Source: the human T2T-CHM13v2.0 reference genome, Homo sapiens
Assembly (NCBI RefSeq): GCF_009914755.1
Contig: NC_060936.1
Direction: 5' to 3' (one strand)
Length of the DNA stretch: 64,000 nucleotides
Shown: one piece after another, positions 28,121-46,835 of the stretch
Layout of the letters: each line of letters begins with the position of its first letter
Position numbering within the stretch: the first letter of the stretch is position 1
Notes under the pieces: generated by a model
Seen by the model: the letters and a program-made list of their open reading frames with translations, nothing else
The model's database searches: none
Told to the model about the DNA's origin: nothing
Program-made: the position numbers and the translations under genes

Positions 28121-28486
28121 TCAAAATGGTCATCCACACTCCTCTATTACCCACCACCCTCCTGCCTTGGTAGAGTTTAAGGACCAACAATATCAAAGTC
28201 CGTGTGAAGCCTTTCCTGTCAGAAGCAGCCCAAGCAGGACAGCTTGGGTATGGCCTAGTGAGGCAGGGTTCCTAAGGCCCAGCTCTTGCCCATTAACCCC
28301 CTCTTTGGGTCTCTTGTCATTTCTCAAGTGAGAAACGCCTTCCCTGCCTCCCAACCTCTCAAATATCCCCTCACAAAATTATCTGCTATATAAAATACAA
28401 CTATAAAAGCAGTAAGGTAGAAGGCCACATCACCCTGCTAATTTGTCACAGTCAGGCCCACTGTGGTCCTGGTGGGATCCTTTTAC

Positions 28487-28627
28487 CTTTTCAGCAAGTG
28501 GGAAGGTGTAATCCGTCTCCACAGACAAGGCCAGGACTCGTTTGTACCCGTTGATGATAGAATGGGGTACTGATGCAACAGTTGGGTAGCCAATCTGCAG
28601 ACAGACACTGGCAACATTGCGGACACC
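28487..28627 (-). CDS. RPLP0: RPLP0 exon 7 ([47 protein letters not shown])
   Basis: CCCAG acceptor, AAG|GTAAAA donor (phase 0), 141 nt. Confidence 0.97.
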
Positions 28628-29276
28628 CTGGGGGAGGGAAGATTTCATTTTACGTGAGATTCCCTACAGGAAAGGAAGTCCAAGTAAGGGTGAATAAAGA
28701 GAACCCTTAGCAGACAATAATTGCCAGGTTGGCAGCTCAGTCTCAAGAGAGGCCATTTCATCTCATACCAAATGCTCCTGGCAGAGCAATTCAGCCCCAT
28801 CAAATAAATTTTGCCCTTATTCCAAATCCAGGTCTTCTGTATCCATTGTTGATGGCATTTACTTCCAAAGCCCCTACCACAACAGTGAAAAGCATAAACG
28901 ACTAACGTAGCCATTGAGTTCCATGAACGAAAAATGTTCAACGATTTCCAGATGTGAACTTCATTCACTTGTCAAACTTTCAACAAATGAAGCTACCTAA
29001 GAGTAGCTAATAATATCTAATTATATACATTAATTTCAATTTTTCATTTGTCCAAGAAATGACATTTTCTATCACTATTATTCATTATTTAAAGGGCATT
29101 TTTTTTTTGTGAGACAGAGTCTCACTCTGTCACTCAGGCCGGAGTGCAGTGGCACCATGTCAGCTCACCGCAACCTCCACCTCTTAAAAGGCTTTTGATG
29201 GCAAAATTTGAGTCTCAATGCAGGCCCTAGAATAACAGCCCCAGCACTGTACATCCATTAATTCATTAAATCCTTT

Positions 29277-29566
29277 GGCCAGGCGTGGTGGCTCATGCCT
29301 GTAATCCCAGCACTTTGGGAGGCCGAGTTGGGCGGATCACGAGGTCAGGAGATCGACACCATCCTGGCTAACGCGGTGAAACCTAAAAATACAAAAAAAT
29401 TAGCCGGGTGTAGTGGCGGGTGCCTGTAGTCCCAGCTACTCAGGAGGCTGAGGCAGGAGAATGGTGTGAACCCGGAGGCGGAGCTTGCAGTGAGCCGGGA
29501 GATTGTGCCACTGCACTCCAGCCTGGGCGACACAGCAAGACTCTGTCTCCAAAAAAAAAAAAAAAA
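29277..29566 (+). mobile_element. AluY-like element in RPLP0 intron 6
   Basis: Alu consensus with accatcctggctaac and ggagaatgg diagnostics. Confidence 0.9.
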
Positions 29567-29679
29567 CAATCCTTCAACAATCTTATGTTGTTACTGACAT
29601 TTTACAGATGAGGTAGGTAGACAGATGAAAACACAGTCCTTGGTTACAGGGACTCAGTCTGAACCTTGTCATGCTCTCA

Positions 29680-29964
<285 letters not shown>

Positions 29965-30018
29965 CTAAAAGCAGCTCCCCATTTGCCTGGTTAGCACAGG
30001 CAAACCAGGTCCACTCAC

Positions 30019-30165
30019 CAGGATTTCAATGGTGCCCCTGGAGATTTTAGTGGTGATACCTAAAGCCTGGAAAAAGGAGGTCTTCTCGGGCCCGAGACCA
30101 GTGTTCTGGGCTGGCACAGTGACTTCACATGGGGCAATGGCACCAGCACGGGCAGCAGCTGGCAC
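30019..30165 (-). CDS. RPLP0: RPLP0 exon 5 ([49 protein letters not shown])
   Basis: GTCAG acceptor, CTG|GTGAG donor, 147 nt. Confidence 0.97.
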
Positions 30166-30282
30166 CTGACAAAGACAACAAACAGTGAGAAAAGCCTCTC
30201 CACTCACACAACCTGAGAATGGTCCATTTTGCTTTAAGGAGCAACAACAAAGTCTCTTTAGCCAACCCAATTGTCCCCTTAC

Positions 30283-30370
30283 CTTATTGGCCAGCAACAT
30301 GTCCCTGATCTCAGTGAGGTCCTCCTTGGTGAACACAAAGCCCACATTCCCCCGGATATGAGGCAGCAGT
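30283..30370 (-). CDS. RPLP0: RPLP0 exon 4 ([29 protein letters not shown])
   Basis: TGCAG acceptor, AAG|GTAAG donor, 88 nt. Confidence 0.97.
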
Positions 30371-30407
30371 CTGCAAAGAGAAGTTTATGGGAGACAATCA
30401 CCTTTCA

Positions 30408-30650
<243 letters not shown>

Positions 30651-31347
30651 CTACAAAAAACAAGCCAGAGGAGCCAAGTTTAACAGGAAGAGAGAGGGAA
30701 AAAATGCCAGAAGAAACTGAACCCCACAATTTGTTTCCATCCCACTCCCTTTCTTCTAAGCTTTTGAAGTCAGAGGGAGATTGGGAGCTACGTTGTAACA
30801 CTGCCAAACTGGATGATTGGCTAGCTGGGTATGAATGCTGAAAATTAGGTTTCTACATTCAATCAAGGAGTTTTTTCTTTTTTTACTTAGTTTTTAATTT
30901 TTCCCAATTACCAGGCATGCTTCTGATTCACTAAAATGGTTAACAGGATAAAAAAGGAATGTTCCAAGTAAGTTGGTCAAGAGGAGGGCTAGATTCACAG
31001 CATTAAAAGCACCACGTTAAGCAAATATAGCAACATTATTATTTGTAAAAACAATCTAGGCGTGTTTATCCGGATTGTTACACAATTCCTTTGGGTTTTG
31101 TGTCTGAAAACCTTCTAAGTGTGGGAAAATGTAATACAAGCTATGCTCTACAATGCTGCCTAATTGCTTAAGCGCAGTACAGTCAGCATTTCTGGGCAAG
31201 GGAGACCCACCTCAAAGGCCATCCAAAAGTCATTGGACACTTAAGTTTCTTGGCTGACAGGTCCTAAATATGCAACAGCTTGCTTCCTTACAATGAGTCA
31301 TTCCTGACCTCAGACCTTCTCAAAAATGGAGTAAAACTGTAATGTGC

Positions 31348-31704
<357 letters not shown>

Positions 31705-31894
31705 TTAACTTGCCTGAGCCCGTTTATCTGCAACAGAAGGGACCTATCTCAGGAAATTGTTAACTAAACAGTATTTTCCCAAAAATGGCCTAATTCAGTA
31801 GCCGGTGTGAGTAGACCCTCAGCACATAGCAGCTGACTGTCCCTATTTGCGCTGGGGCAACATGAAGAGCAGAGGCGACCCACCCTGCACTTAC

Positions 31895-31948
31895 GATGAT
31901 CTTAAGGAAGTAGTTGGACTTCCAGGTCGCCCTGTCTTCCCTGGGCAT
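31895..31948 (-). CDS. RPLP0: RPLP0 exon 2 coding part (MPREDRATWKSNYFLKII); exon starts at 31996
   Basis: ATG at 31948, ATC|GTAAG donor; known uL10 N-terminus. Confidence 0.97.
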
Positions 31949-32247
31949 CACGGCGGTGCGTCAGGGATTGCCACGCAGGGTTTAAAGACGATGTCACTGA
32001 GGAGAGACAGGGAGCTCAGGCCTGGTCACGCCGACACCCATCCCGCGGTCCCGGGCCTAAGAGGAGCAGGACACGCGCAATCGCCCGCCGGCCCTGCCTA
32101 GGGCAGCGGCCGTCATCTCGGGGCGTGCAAGCCGCCACCGAGGCCCCAGGCGGAACAGAATAGGACTCCATGTTCCCAAAGGCCCCCAAAGACCCCTCCA
32201 TGCTTCCCGCCGGCGACCCCTGGCGCCCATCTAACTAGCACACGAAC

Positions 32248-32277
32248 CTTCCACGAGGACGCCTGGCGAGAGAAGGG
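32248..32277 (-). other. RPLP0: RPLP0 non-coding exon 1 beginning with a 5'TOP tract (CCCTTCTCTC)
   Basis: Pyrimidine tract typical of ribosomal protein mRNAs; AAG|GTTCGT donor; exact TSS approximate. Confidence 0.85.
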
Positions 32278-35944
<3,667 letters not shown>

Positions 35945-36183
35945 TGTAAATATTCTTCTAATGACGCAAATTTCACCATGGTGGGCACAAGCTCGAGTCC
36001 TTGGCTCACACCCTTGTTTCCAAGGCTTTGTTACGTTAAAACATGGAGGCTTCTATGGTGAGGGAGACTGGGGAATCACTGCAGGATACAGAACTAGGGA
36101 GTTGCAAGAATTACAGGAGTCAGAGCACTCTGAAACTATGCAGACTGAAATATGTCAAAAATGACTGTCTTTGGTATATCACA

Positions 36184-36970
<787 letters not shown>

Positions 36971-36990
<20 letters not shown>

Positions 36991-37188
36991 AGAGTGAGAC
37001 TCCATCACAAAAAAAAAAAAAAAAGAAAAAAGAAAAGAAAGTAATTACAGAAAGTCATATAGCAACAAAACTCTCCAGGAAGGGCTTAAAATATCGACTA
37101 TTTAGAGTGAGACTCCGTCACAAAAAAAAAAAAAAAGAAAAGAAAGTAATTACAGAAAGTCATATAGCAACAAAACTCTCCAGGAAGG
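36971..37188 (+). repeat. Tandem duplication of about 110 bp (113 + 105 bp)
   Basis: gcttaaaatatcgactatttagagtgagactcc...ctctccaggaagg occurs twice. Confidence 0.95.
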
Positions 37189-37338
37189 TACTTATTAGGA
37201 TACCTGTTGAAAGAGGCAGTATGTATCGTAGAATGAGCATCAACTTTGAACCTAGATTTGACCCATATTTCTGCTTTTTATTGGGCCGAACAAACCTTGC
37301 CTCACAGAGTTATCAGGGTTAAGTGTTACGATCTAACT

Positions 37339-37668
37339 CAGCAGTCCCCAACCTTTTTGGCAACAGGGACCAGTTTTGTGGAAGACAATTTTTCCACAGA
37401 CACCAGGGATCAGAGGGGAGTGTGATTTGGGGATGAAACTTCTACCTCAGATCATCAGGCATTAGATTCTCATAAGGAGCGTGCAACCTAGATCCCTCGT
37501 ATGCAGTTTGCAATAGGGTTCGCGCTCCTGTGAGAATCTAATGCTGCTGCTGATCTGACAGGACGACAAGCTCACTCACTCGCCTGCTGCTTGCCTCCTG
37601 ATGTGCGGCCCAGTTCCTAACAGGCCACAGACCAGTACTGGTCCTTGGCCTGAGAGTTAGGGACCCCG
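37339..37668 (+). mobile_element. MER1B-like hAT element with an intact 8-bp TSD atctaact
   Basis: cagcagtccccaacctttttggc...gttagggacccc; TSD at 37331-37338 and 37669-37676. Confidence 0.88.
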
Positions 37669-37883
37669 ATCTAACTGACAATACTTAGTACTCACTAAAC
37701 TGTCATGTTCTTCCTTCCAGTCTCTTTGTCTTCATCGTTTCCGGCACTGATGTGAGCACATCATAAGCACAAGACCTGGACACCTTTACAATCAGAGGTA
37801 GCATCTGTCTGGAACTGTATCTTGACTCTCACTGGTGCTTTTCCTTTGGTTGATGCAAAGCTTTTGAATCCTTTAGGGAGATG

Positions 37884-38030
37884 TCATTGTGAGTATCTAT
37901 GATACTATGCTACTACTATCTATGATCATTGAGAGTATCTATGGTACTATGATACTACTATCTATGATCATTGGGAGTATCTATGGTACTATGATACTAC
38001 TATCTATGATCATTGTGAGTGTCTATGATA
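37884..38030. repeat. 42-bp minisatellite, about 3.5 copies
   Basis: tcattgNgagtatctatg(a/g)tactatg(c/a)tactactatctatga starting at 37884, 37926, 37968 and 38010. Confidence 0.93.
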
Positions 38031-38082
38031 GTCTCCTGTGCCTTCAAAATCTTTGCCTTCTCCATAGAACTTTCCCAACTAG

Positions 38083-39646
<1,564 letters not shown>

Positions 39647-39889
39647 TCAAATGATCCTCCCACCTTGGCCTCCCAAAATGCTAGGATTACAGGCATGAGC
39701 CACAGAGCCTGGCCCCATCATTCTCTTTGGGTGAGCGTTGAAGGTAATTTTCACTTCTGAGCTCACTATAGCATGGGAAGAGTTTAAACTAGAATTCAAC
39801 ATGCTGCTTTTGGAGAACCGTTCCAAACAACAGGGAAGCTGTGAAGACACAGCTCAAGGTTAAACAAAACTGCCCAGGAAGCTCTAGGA

Positions 39890-41011
<1,122 letters not shown>

Positions 41012-41017
41012 CTCTAG

Positions 41018-41113
41018 GGCCTAGGACTGGAGCTCTGGATCTGACCGGAGCAAAGAGGAAGCACGCAAATCCGGACATGACGACGAGGAGGCAGTAGAGA
41101 CCCATCCTCAACT
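41018..41113 (+). ncRNA. PXN-AS1: Candidate PXN-AS1 internal exon
   Basis: tccctgctctag acceptor and ACT|GTAAGT donor. Confidence 0.55.
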
Positions 41114-41643
41114 GTAAGTAACTGCCTTCGGCAGGGAAGGGGCTAACCCACGTTGTGTGGGCTCAGGCACGGCCGCGTCTGGTTCTGTGCAGGAACACAG
41201 GCAGAGGCAAGCCCTGGGTCCGCATCATGGCTCTGCCCTCACTCAGATTGCCTTGTACATGTAGGTTCTTGTCCTAGAGCCTCTTTCCCTACTTCTAAAT
41301 GAGTGGAAAGCCACCCACAAGCCCGTGAGTGAGGATGCCCTTGGTAAACCCAGGTGATCACACCCTGGGCAGGCCCTGCCCCACAGGGCCCCATCCCGCT
41401 GCTCCCCAGCCTGTCCTCACCAACTGCCCAGGCAGGAGCAAAGCCCACGGGGAGGACCTGTGACCACAGGCAAGGACCACGGACCCCAGCCCCAGGGATT
41501 TTGACCTCAAGAAAGGAAACATCCACAATTTACCCTCCATCTGGTGATCCAGCTGCATCTGGGGTGGGTTTGGTCTCTGCTGGGACCATGAGGTTCAGAC
41601 CACCAAGAAATAGCACTAGCACAGGTGAAAATCATGGGCAAAC

Positions 41644-41649
41644 TTTATT
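41644..41649 (-). terminator. PXN: PXN polyadenylation signal AATAAA
   Basis: tttatt on the + strand, about 1.85 kb past the PXN stop codon. Confidence 0.8.
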
Positions 41650-42378
41650 GGCATAAATCACAGGAATTGAAATGGGAAAAGCCAGCTTGGAAGTTTACAG
41701 AGAAAAAATAAAATCAAAATCAAATTTTCAAATAACCACTGACTCAGAGAATGGACCCCAGAAACCCCAGTCCCTCTTGGGGAAGATCTAGGGTGGGTCA
41801 CTATAAACAGAGCGGTAAGGCCTGCGGGTGAAAGTGGAGACATCAGACCTTTGGAGGGGCTGGGCTGACCTTCCCCCAAAAAGGAGGGACCCTCTTCGGA
41901 GACCCCAGCACACTCGGCTTCTGCCAGGAGGCCAGTGGAGTGGTTTGGACTGTCACCATTAGACCCCGGTGGGGCCCCTTTCTCCTCATCAGGAGCCCAA
42001 GGCCTGGCTCCTCTTTCATCCTTGGTAAAGAGCTCTGGGGGGTTTCCCCAGAGGAGCCTGTCCCTCTGCCCCAAATCCTATCATGCTCCCTTATGACCTT
42101 CTTTCCAGACCCCCTGAGTGCCGATCCCACCTGTGAAAGGGGAGGAGCAGATCTGGGGAAGGGATATGCCCAGAGGAAATCAACAAGACCAAAGAGACGT
42201 CAGAGTCCTGATGGCCAAAATCAGACACCAGCTTTCCTGAGAAGGCAGAAGAGAGAGCCCCATAGAAGCAGTGGGGGCTCAGAAGGTTCAGTGGGTTCAC
42301 AGGGGAGCAGAGGCTCCTGAGGGCTTACTCAGACAGGAAGCAGCCCCCCAAAACATACTTCCCCTTCTCCTCCCACAG

Positions 42379-42512
42379 AAACAGAACAGATAAAGTTCAG
42401 AATTCTAGGCCCAAAAGGGTGCAACACCCTTCAACCAGTTTCAGTGAAGAGCTTGCTGGCCTGGGAAGTAAAGAAGGGGTTTCCAAATACAGCAGTTTAT
42501 AAAACAGTCCTG
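42379..42512 (+). ncRNA. PXN-AS1: Candidate PXN-AS1 cassette exon antisense to the PXN 3'UTR
   Basis: Strong acceptor cttccccttctcctcccacag and CTG|GTGAGC donor. Confidence 0.55.
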
Positions 42513-43492
42513 GTGAGCTATGAAGTGAAAGAGGGGGAGTCACAGAGCTGCTCCCAGTTCACCTGCTTGTGCTAAGAAACAATAAAATACAAATTGCTTC
42601 CCCACCCCAACCCTCAGTACAAAGCAAACTTCACACCAGAGCCACCATCAGTGACAGGCCCAGTGGCGGTGGATGAGGAAGAGAATACAAAAGGGAACGT
42701 CTTTAAAATCTCTTCAAAATCATTTTGTATAGAGAAGTAAAAGCAACTCAGGCGATATGAATTCAAACCTCAGTGTAGAAATCTATCAAAGTCGGTACAG
42801 TGTCCAGGCACGCCGTCCCGGAGACGGAGGAAGTGACTAGAAAACATTATTGCTGGAGAGGCTTTTCTCAGTAGAACAAGAGCAGGTATAAAAGGGGAGG
42901 GCGGGTCTAAAAGGCAGGGGCAGTCGCCAGGCCTAGGGCACTGGAAGGGTAGGAGGAGCACAGAGAACCTTCCATGGCCCCTTTGGTTCTCTGCCTTTGG
43001 ATGGATGGATTTATGCTGGCATTGTCTGGAGGGAGCCGGGTGTCCCCCAATAATCACAGAACAAAGACAATTAGGTCGGGGGAGGAATAAGGATAAAAAG
43101 AGACCCCAACAGACCCTGCCTGCCCTTCCCTGCCCCCCGGCTGCACTGCTGAAATATGAGGAAGAGATGGCTCCAGTGTGGGGTGCTGGCCAGGCCAGTT
43201 CGTGGGGACGTACATGGGCTGGGGTGGAGCCCCCAGCCTCTACCCCTGGGGAGGATGGAGAGTGGGCAGCCTAGGGAGAGCTACAGGAGGGAGGAGGGGG
43301 CCCAGAGGCTCTGGCAGGGGTGAAGACAAGCAGGGGGACCCCTCACGGCCCTCTGTCCATCCCGCACCAGCGGAGGACAAGGGTTCCAGTTTCAGTCGGG
43401 TTTACCCCTTCACCCCCGGGTGAAGTCTCTAGGTCACAGTCGCAGTTGGGGATGCTGGCTGGGGAAGGGGGGCAGAGACAGGGGCAGGGCAC

Positions 43493-43759
43493 CTAGCAGA
43501 AGAGCTTGAGGAAGCAGTTCTGACAGTAAGGCTTGTCGTTCTGCTCCTTGAAGGTGCCCTTGTTGAGCTGCTTGAGGCAGAAGGCACAGACGAAGTGCTC
43601 GGGGTGGAACTTCTTGGCCATGGCGGTGATGCAGCGGCCGGTGATGGGCTTCTGGCAGCCAGAACACAGCGAGCCGCGCCGCTCGTGGTAGTGCACCTCA
43701 CAGTAGGGCTGCCCGTCGTGCTCGAAGAAGCTGCCGTTCACGAATGGCGTGAAGCATTC
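43493..43759 (-). CDS. PXN: PXN last coding exon, LIM3 end and LIM4 ([20 protein letters not shown]...CFLKLFC*)
   Basis: GGCAG acceptor, LIM Cys/His spacing, TAG stop; 267 nt. Confidence 0.98.
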   Translation of the reverse strand, partial: ECFTPFVNGSFFEHDGQPYCEVHYHERRGSLCSGCQKPITGRCITAMAKKFHPEHFVCAFCLKQLNKGTFKEQNDKPYCQNCFLKLFC

Positions 43760-44232
43760 CTGCCAGGCGGAGAGAGGGGCTCAGGGAGCTGCCCCTCGGG
43801 CTAGAGCTGCACCCTGTGTGATGGGGCCGAGGTGGGCATAGTCGGCACGCTCGGAGTGACTCCTACTTGCTAGGCGTTTCCCATGTGCCGTGTTGTCCTA
43901 AACGCTCATTTTTCATTTTTATTTTATTAAATAAATTTTTTTTGTAGAGATGGGGGTCTCACTATATTGCCCATGCTGGTCAAATGTGGCCTCCTGCAAT
44001 CCTCCCACCTCGGCCTCCCACAGGGCTGGGATTATTTAGTTCTCCCAACAGGGGAGGCAACTGAAGCACACAGGTGAAGTAACTTGCCCAGGGTCATGCA
44101 GCTACTGAGGTCACAGCCTGGATTCATACACAGGTCTGACTCCTGAGCACTTAGCCAGGTGGCTGTAACAGTGTTCCCAGAAACACAGGTGTGACACTGG
44201 TCTGTAGTCAAACTCTGCCTCCTAGATTCTCA

Positions 44233-44575
<343 letters not shown>

Positions 44576-45015
44576 GGCTCTGAGAAGTCCTGCAGGGAAC
44601 AGTGTTTCCCAAACTCATTTGGTCAGAGAGCCCTTGTTGAATCATTAATAACCCCTGTGGGGCCCCCAGAATGCAGTGGTTTTGGAAACCACTGCCCATT
44701 TCTGTTGAGTCTGCTAAATACTTGCATTATCTCATTTAGTTCTCACACACTCTCCTCCCAAATAGGAATGGCCCAGGGCCGCTGCACAGGGCTGGACTGG
44801 GGGACATGTCTACCTTGCTCCTGGTTTGTCCCAGCCTCAGTACAAACCCTGGCCCAGGACCTACTGGACTGGAGGAAGGAGATCCCCTGCCTGCTCCCCC
44901 AATTAATAACCCCAAATGAGGCCTCTGAGTTGGATCCAGACAGCACAATGAGGAAGACCCCTCTCTCCCCACTGCCTGCTCCTCGCCCCTCCAGATGTGG
45001 TCAGGGGCTCCTTAC

Positions 45016-45164
45016 CCGGCACACAAAGCACTCAGGATGCCACAGCGTGTTGAGGGCTGAGATATAGTTCTCCAGGATGGCCCGGGCGCAGCCGCCACAC
45101 TTGGGTGCGAACATGTCGAAGTAGTCCTTGCGACAGTAGGCCTTGCCGTCCTTCTCGTGGAACC
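45016..45164 (-). CDS. PXN: PXN exon, LIM2-LIM3 ([26 protein letters not shown]...WHPECFVCR)
   Basis: CCCCAG acceptor, CGG|GTAAG donor, 149 nt. Confidence 0.97.
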
Positions 45165-45309
45165 CTGGGGAGCGGGGGTTTTGGAGGCACAGTTCATTCC
45201 GGCTTCCAGAAGTGGAGCCACTCTGACTCCAACCTCAGCAGCGTCTCCCACCCCCACCTCCCCGGCCCTCCTAAGAGGCGGTGGGTCAGTCCGCCGGTCC
45301 AGCCCGTAC

Positions 45310-45391
45310 CTTCGGGACCAAAGAAGGCTCCACACTGTGCACAGAAGAAGTGTTCAGGGTGCCACGTCCGGTCAAGGGCTGTCACCACTTT
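45310..45391 (-). CDS. PXN: PXN exon, LIM2 ([27 protein letters not shown])
   Basis: TTCACAG acceptor, G|GTAC donor, 82 nt. Confidence 0.97.
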
Positions 45392-45998
45392 CTGTGAAAG
45401 CAAAATGTGGGATCAAGGCTGAGCTCTGGGCAGATCTCACAACTGAGACGCCCAGCAAGGCCGTCCTTCCACCCGCAGCTCATAGCCATAGACAGAGCAA
45501 AACACTCCCAAGATGGGGGTCTCTCCTAATTGTGCTGTGAATGCCTCTAAGAATTCAGAGTTACTCAGGATGGGACAAGCCAGACACATACCCTCTCCTC
45601 TACTCCTCACCCCAAGTAGAGGGCACAAGTTCTATGACTCCCATTTTATAAGTGAAGAAACATAGGCTCAGAGAGGCCAGGCATTTCCTAAGTTCACAGA
45701 GAGGGAGAGTGAGGCCGCTGGCATCCAACTCCATTTATCTCCTCAGGGCTCCTGAGTCCTGGGAGTCTCCACAGAAAGGAATCGAGATGGGAGGTGAAGG
45801 GAGGTGGGGCTGCCCGATGCACATCGGGACAGGCTGTGGTTCAGGTGTGGCTGTGAATCCGGCCCCACTGTTCCCTAGCCCTGTGAGCCTCGGGCATGTG
45901 ACCTCTCTGAGCCTCCCACGGCACCCCCTGCATCCTCAGAGGGCTGCGGTGAAGCTGGAATGAGCGGAAGCGGGCGCGGTGCCGGATGAGGAACTCAC

Positions 45999-46172
45999 AT
46001 CCAGGATGGGGCCGTTGCAGTAGTAGCAGCGCGGGGAGAAGAGGTTGTGGTAGTCCTTTTCACAGTAGGGCTGTCCATCCCGCTCGAAGAAGTTCCGGGA
46101 TCCGATCTCCTCCTGGCAGTGGGTGCAGACGAAGTGCTCGGGGTGCCACGTCTTCCCCATGGCGGTCACAAC
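45999..46172 (-). CDS. PXN: PXN exon, LIM1-LIM2 ([22 protein letters not shown]...CNGPILD)
   Basis: CTCAG acceptor, GAT|GTGAG donor, 174 nt. Confidence 0.97.
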
Positions 46173-46276
46173 CTGAGGAGGAGATGGAATGCGGTCCAGG
46201 GCCAAGGCCAGCCCCGGAGCACCCCCACCCCTGCAGGAGTCCACTGGCCACACCCCTGCCCACTCCCCCTCATCAC

Positions 46277-46447
46277 CTGCCCGGCGATGGGCTTCTTGCA
46301 GGCCCCGCAGACTCCTTTGGCGACTGTGGCGACCCCCAGCTTGTTCAGGTCAGACTGCAGGCTCCCCAGCATGCTGTCCAGCTGGCTCCCGGGCTTCGGG
46401 GGCCCCCCAGGGGGTGAGCTGCTCCCTGTCTTCCCCTGGGCCATGAA
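46277..46447 (-). CDS. PXN: PXN exon with LD5 and LIM1 start (FMAQGKTG...LDSMLGSL...[11 protein letters not shown])
   Basis: CCACAG acceptor, CAG|GTGAT donor, 171 nt. Confidence 0.97.
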
Positions 46448-46591
46448 CTGTGGACACGGAGGGGGCTGGTCAGGACTCCTGAGGCTCGGGGTACGGTGTC
46501 TGGCAGCACAGGGATGGGGGTACTTTTCTCCCTCCTGGACAGATGAGCTGATGGAGACAAGAAGTACAACCTCCTCCAGGGGCCAGGAGCC
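46448..46591 (-). CDS. PXN: PXN gamma-isoform 48-aa extension from an upstream acceptor (GSWPLEEVVLLVSISSS...PPPCPQ)
   Basis: CACTTTAG acceptor; 144 nt open and contiguous with the LD5 exon; matches the known gamma insert size. Confidence 0.88.
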
Positions 46592-46733
46592 CTAAAGTGG
46601 GAGTGACGTCAGCAGGACTCCTGGTGGTCGGAGGGGCCCACCAGGGTCGGAAAGGCTGAGGGCACCCAGCAGGCATGGCCAAGCCCAGGGAGAGCACGAC
46701 ACGCAGGACACCCAGCCCAGCCTTGGCACTGAC

Positions 46734-46835
46734 CCCTCCCTCGTCCTGCCCTCCGGGGCTGCTCCGCCCGCCGTCCCGAGGCCAGCCGGCCGCCCAGCAC
46801 CGCTCCCCATCCGCTCTTTGCTCCAGGCCCTGGAT
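46734..46835 (-). CDS. PXN: PXN beta-isoform 34-aa cassette exon (IQGLEQRADGERCWAAGWPRDGGRSSPGGQDEGG)
   Basis: AAG acceptor, GGG|GTCAGT donor, 102 nt; with it the exons sum to the 591-aa isoform. Confidence 0.93.

Larger units (their letters stand above)
41620..43492 (-). other. PXN: PXN 3'UTR
   Basis: Repeat-free stretch between TAG and AATAAA; cleavage site approximate. Confidence 0.85.

Noticed and set aside
37884-38030. CRISPR-like array
   Set aside because: Head-to-tail tandem units without unique spacers, in a human intron
44599-44695. Short element with imperfect terminal inverted repeats (cagtgtttcccaaact / ttttggaaaccactg)
   Set aside because: Probably an old hAT MITE, but too degenerate to assign a family by eye
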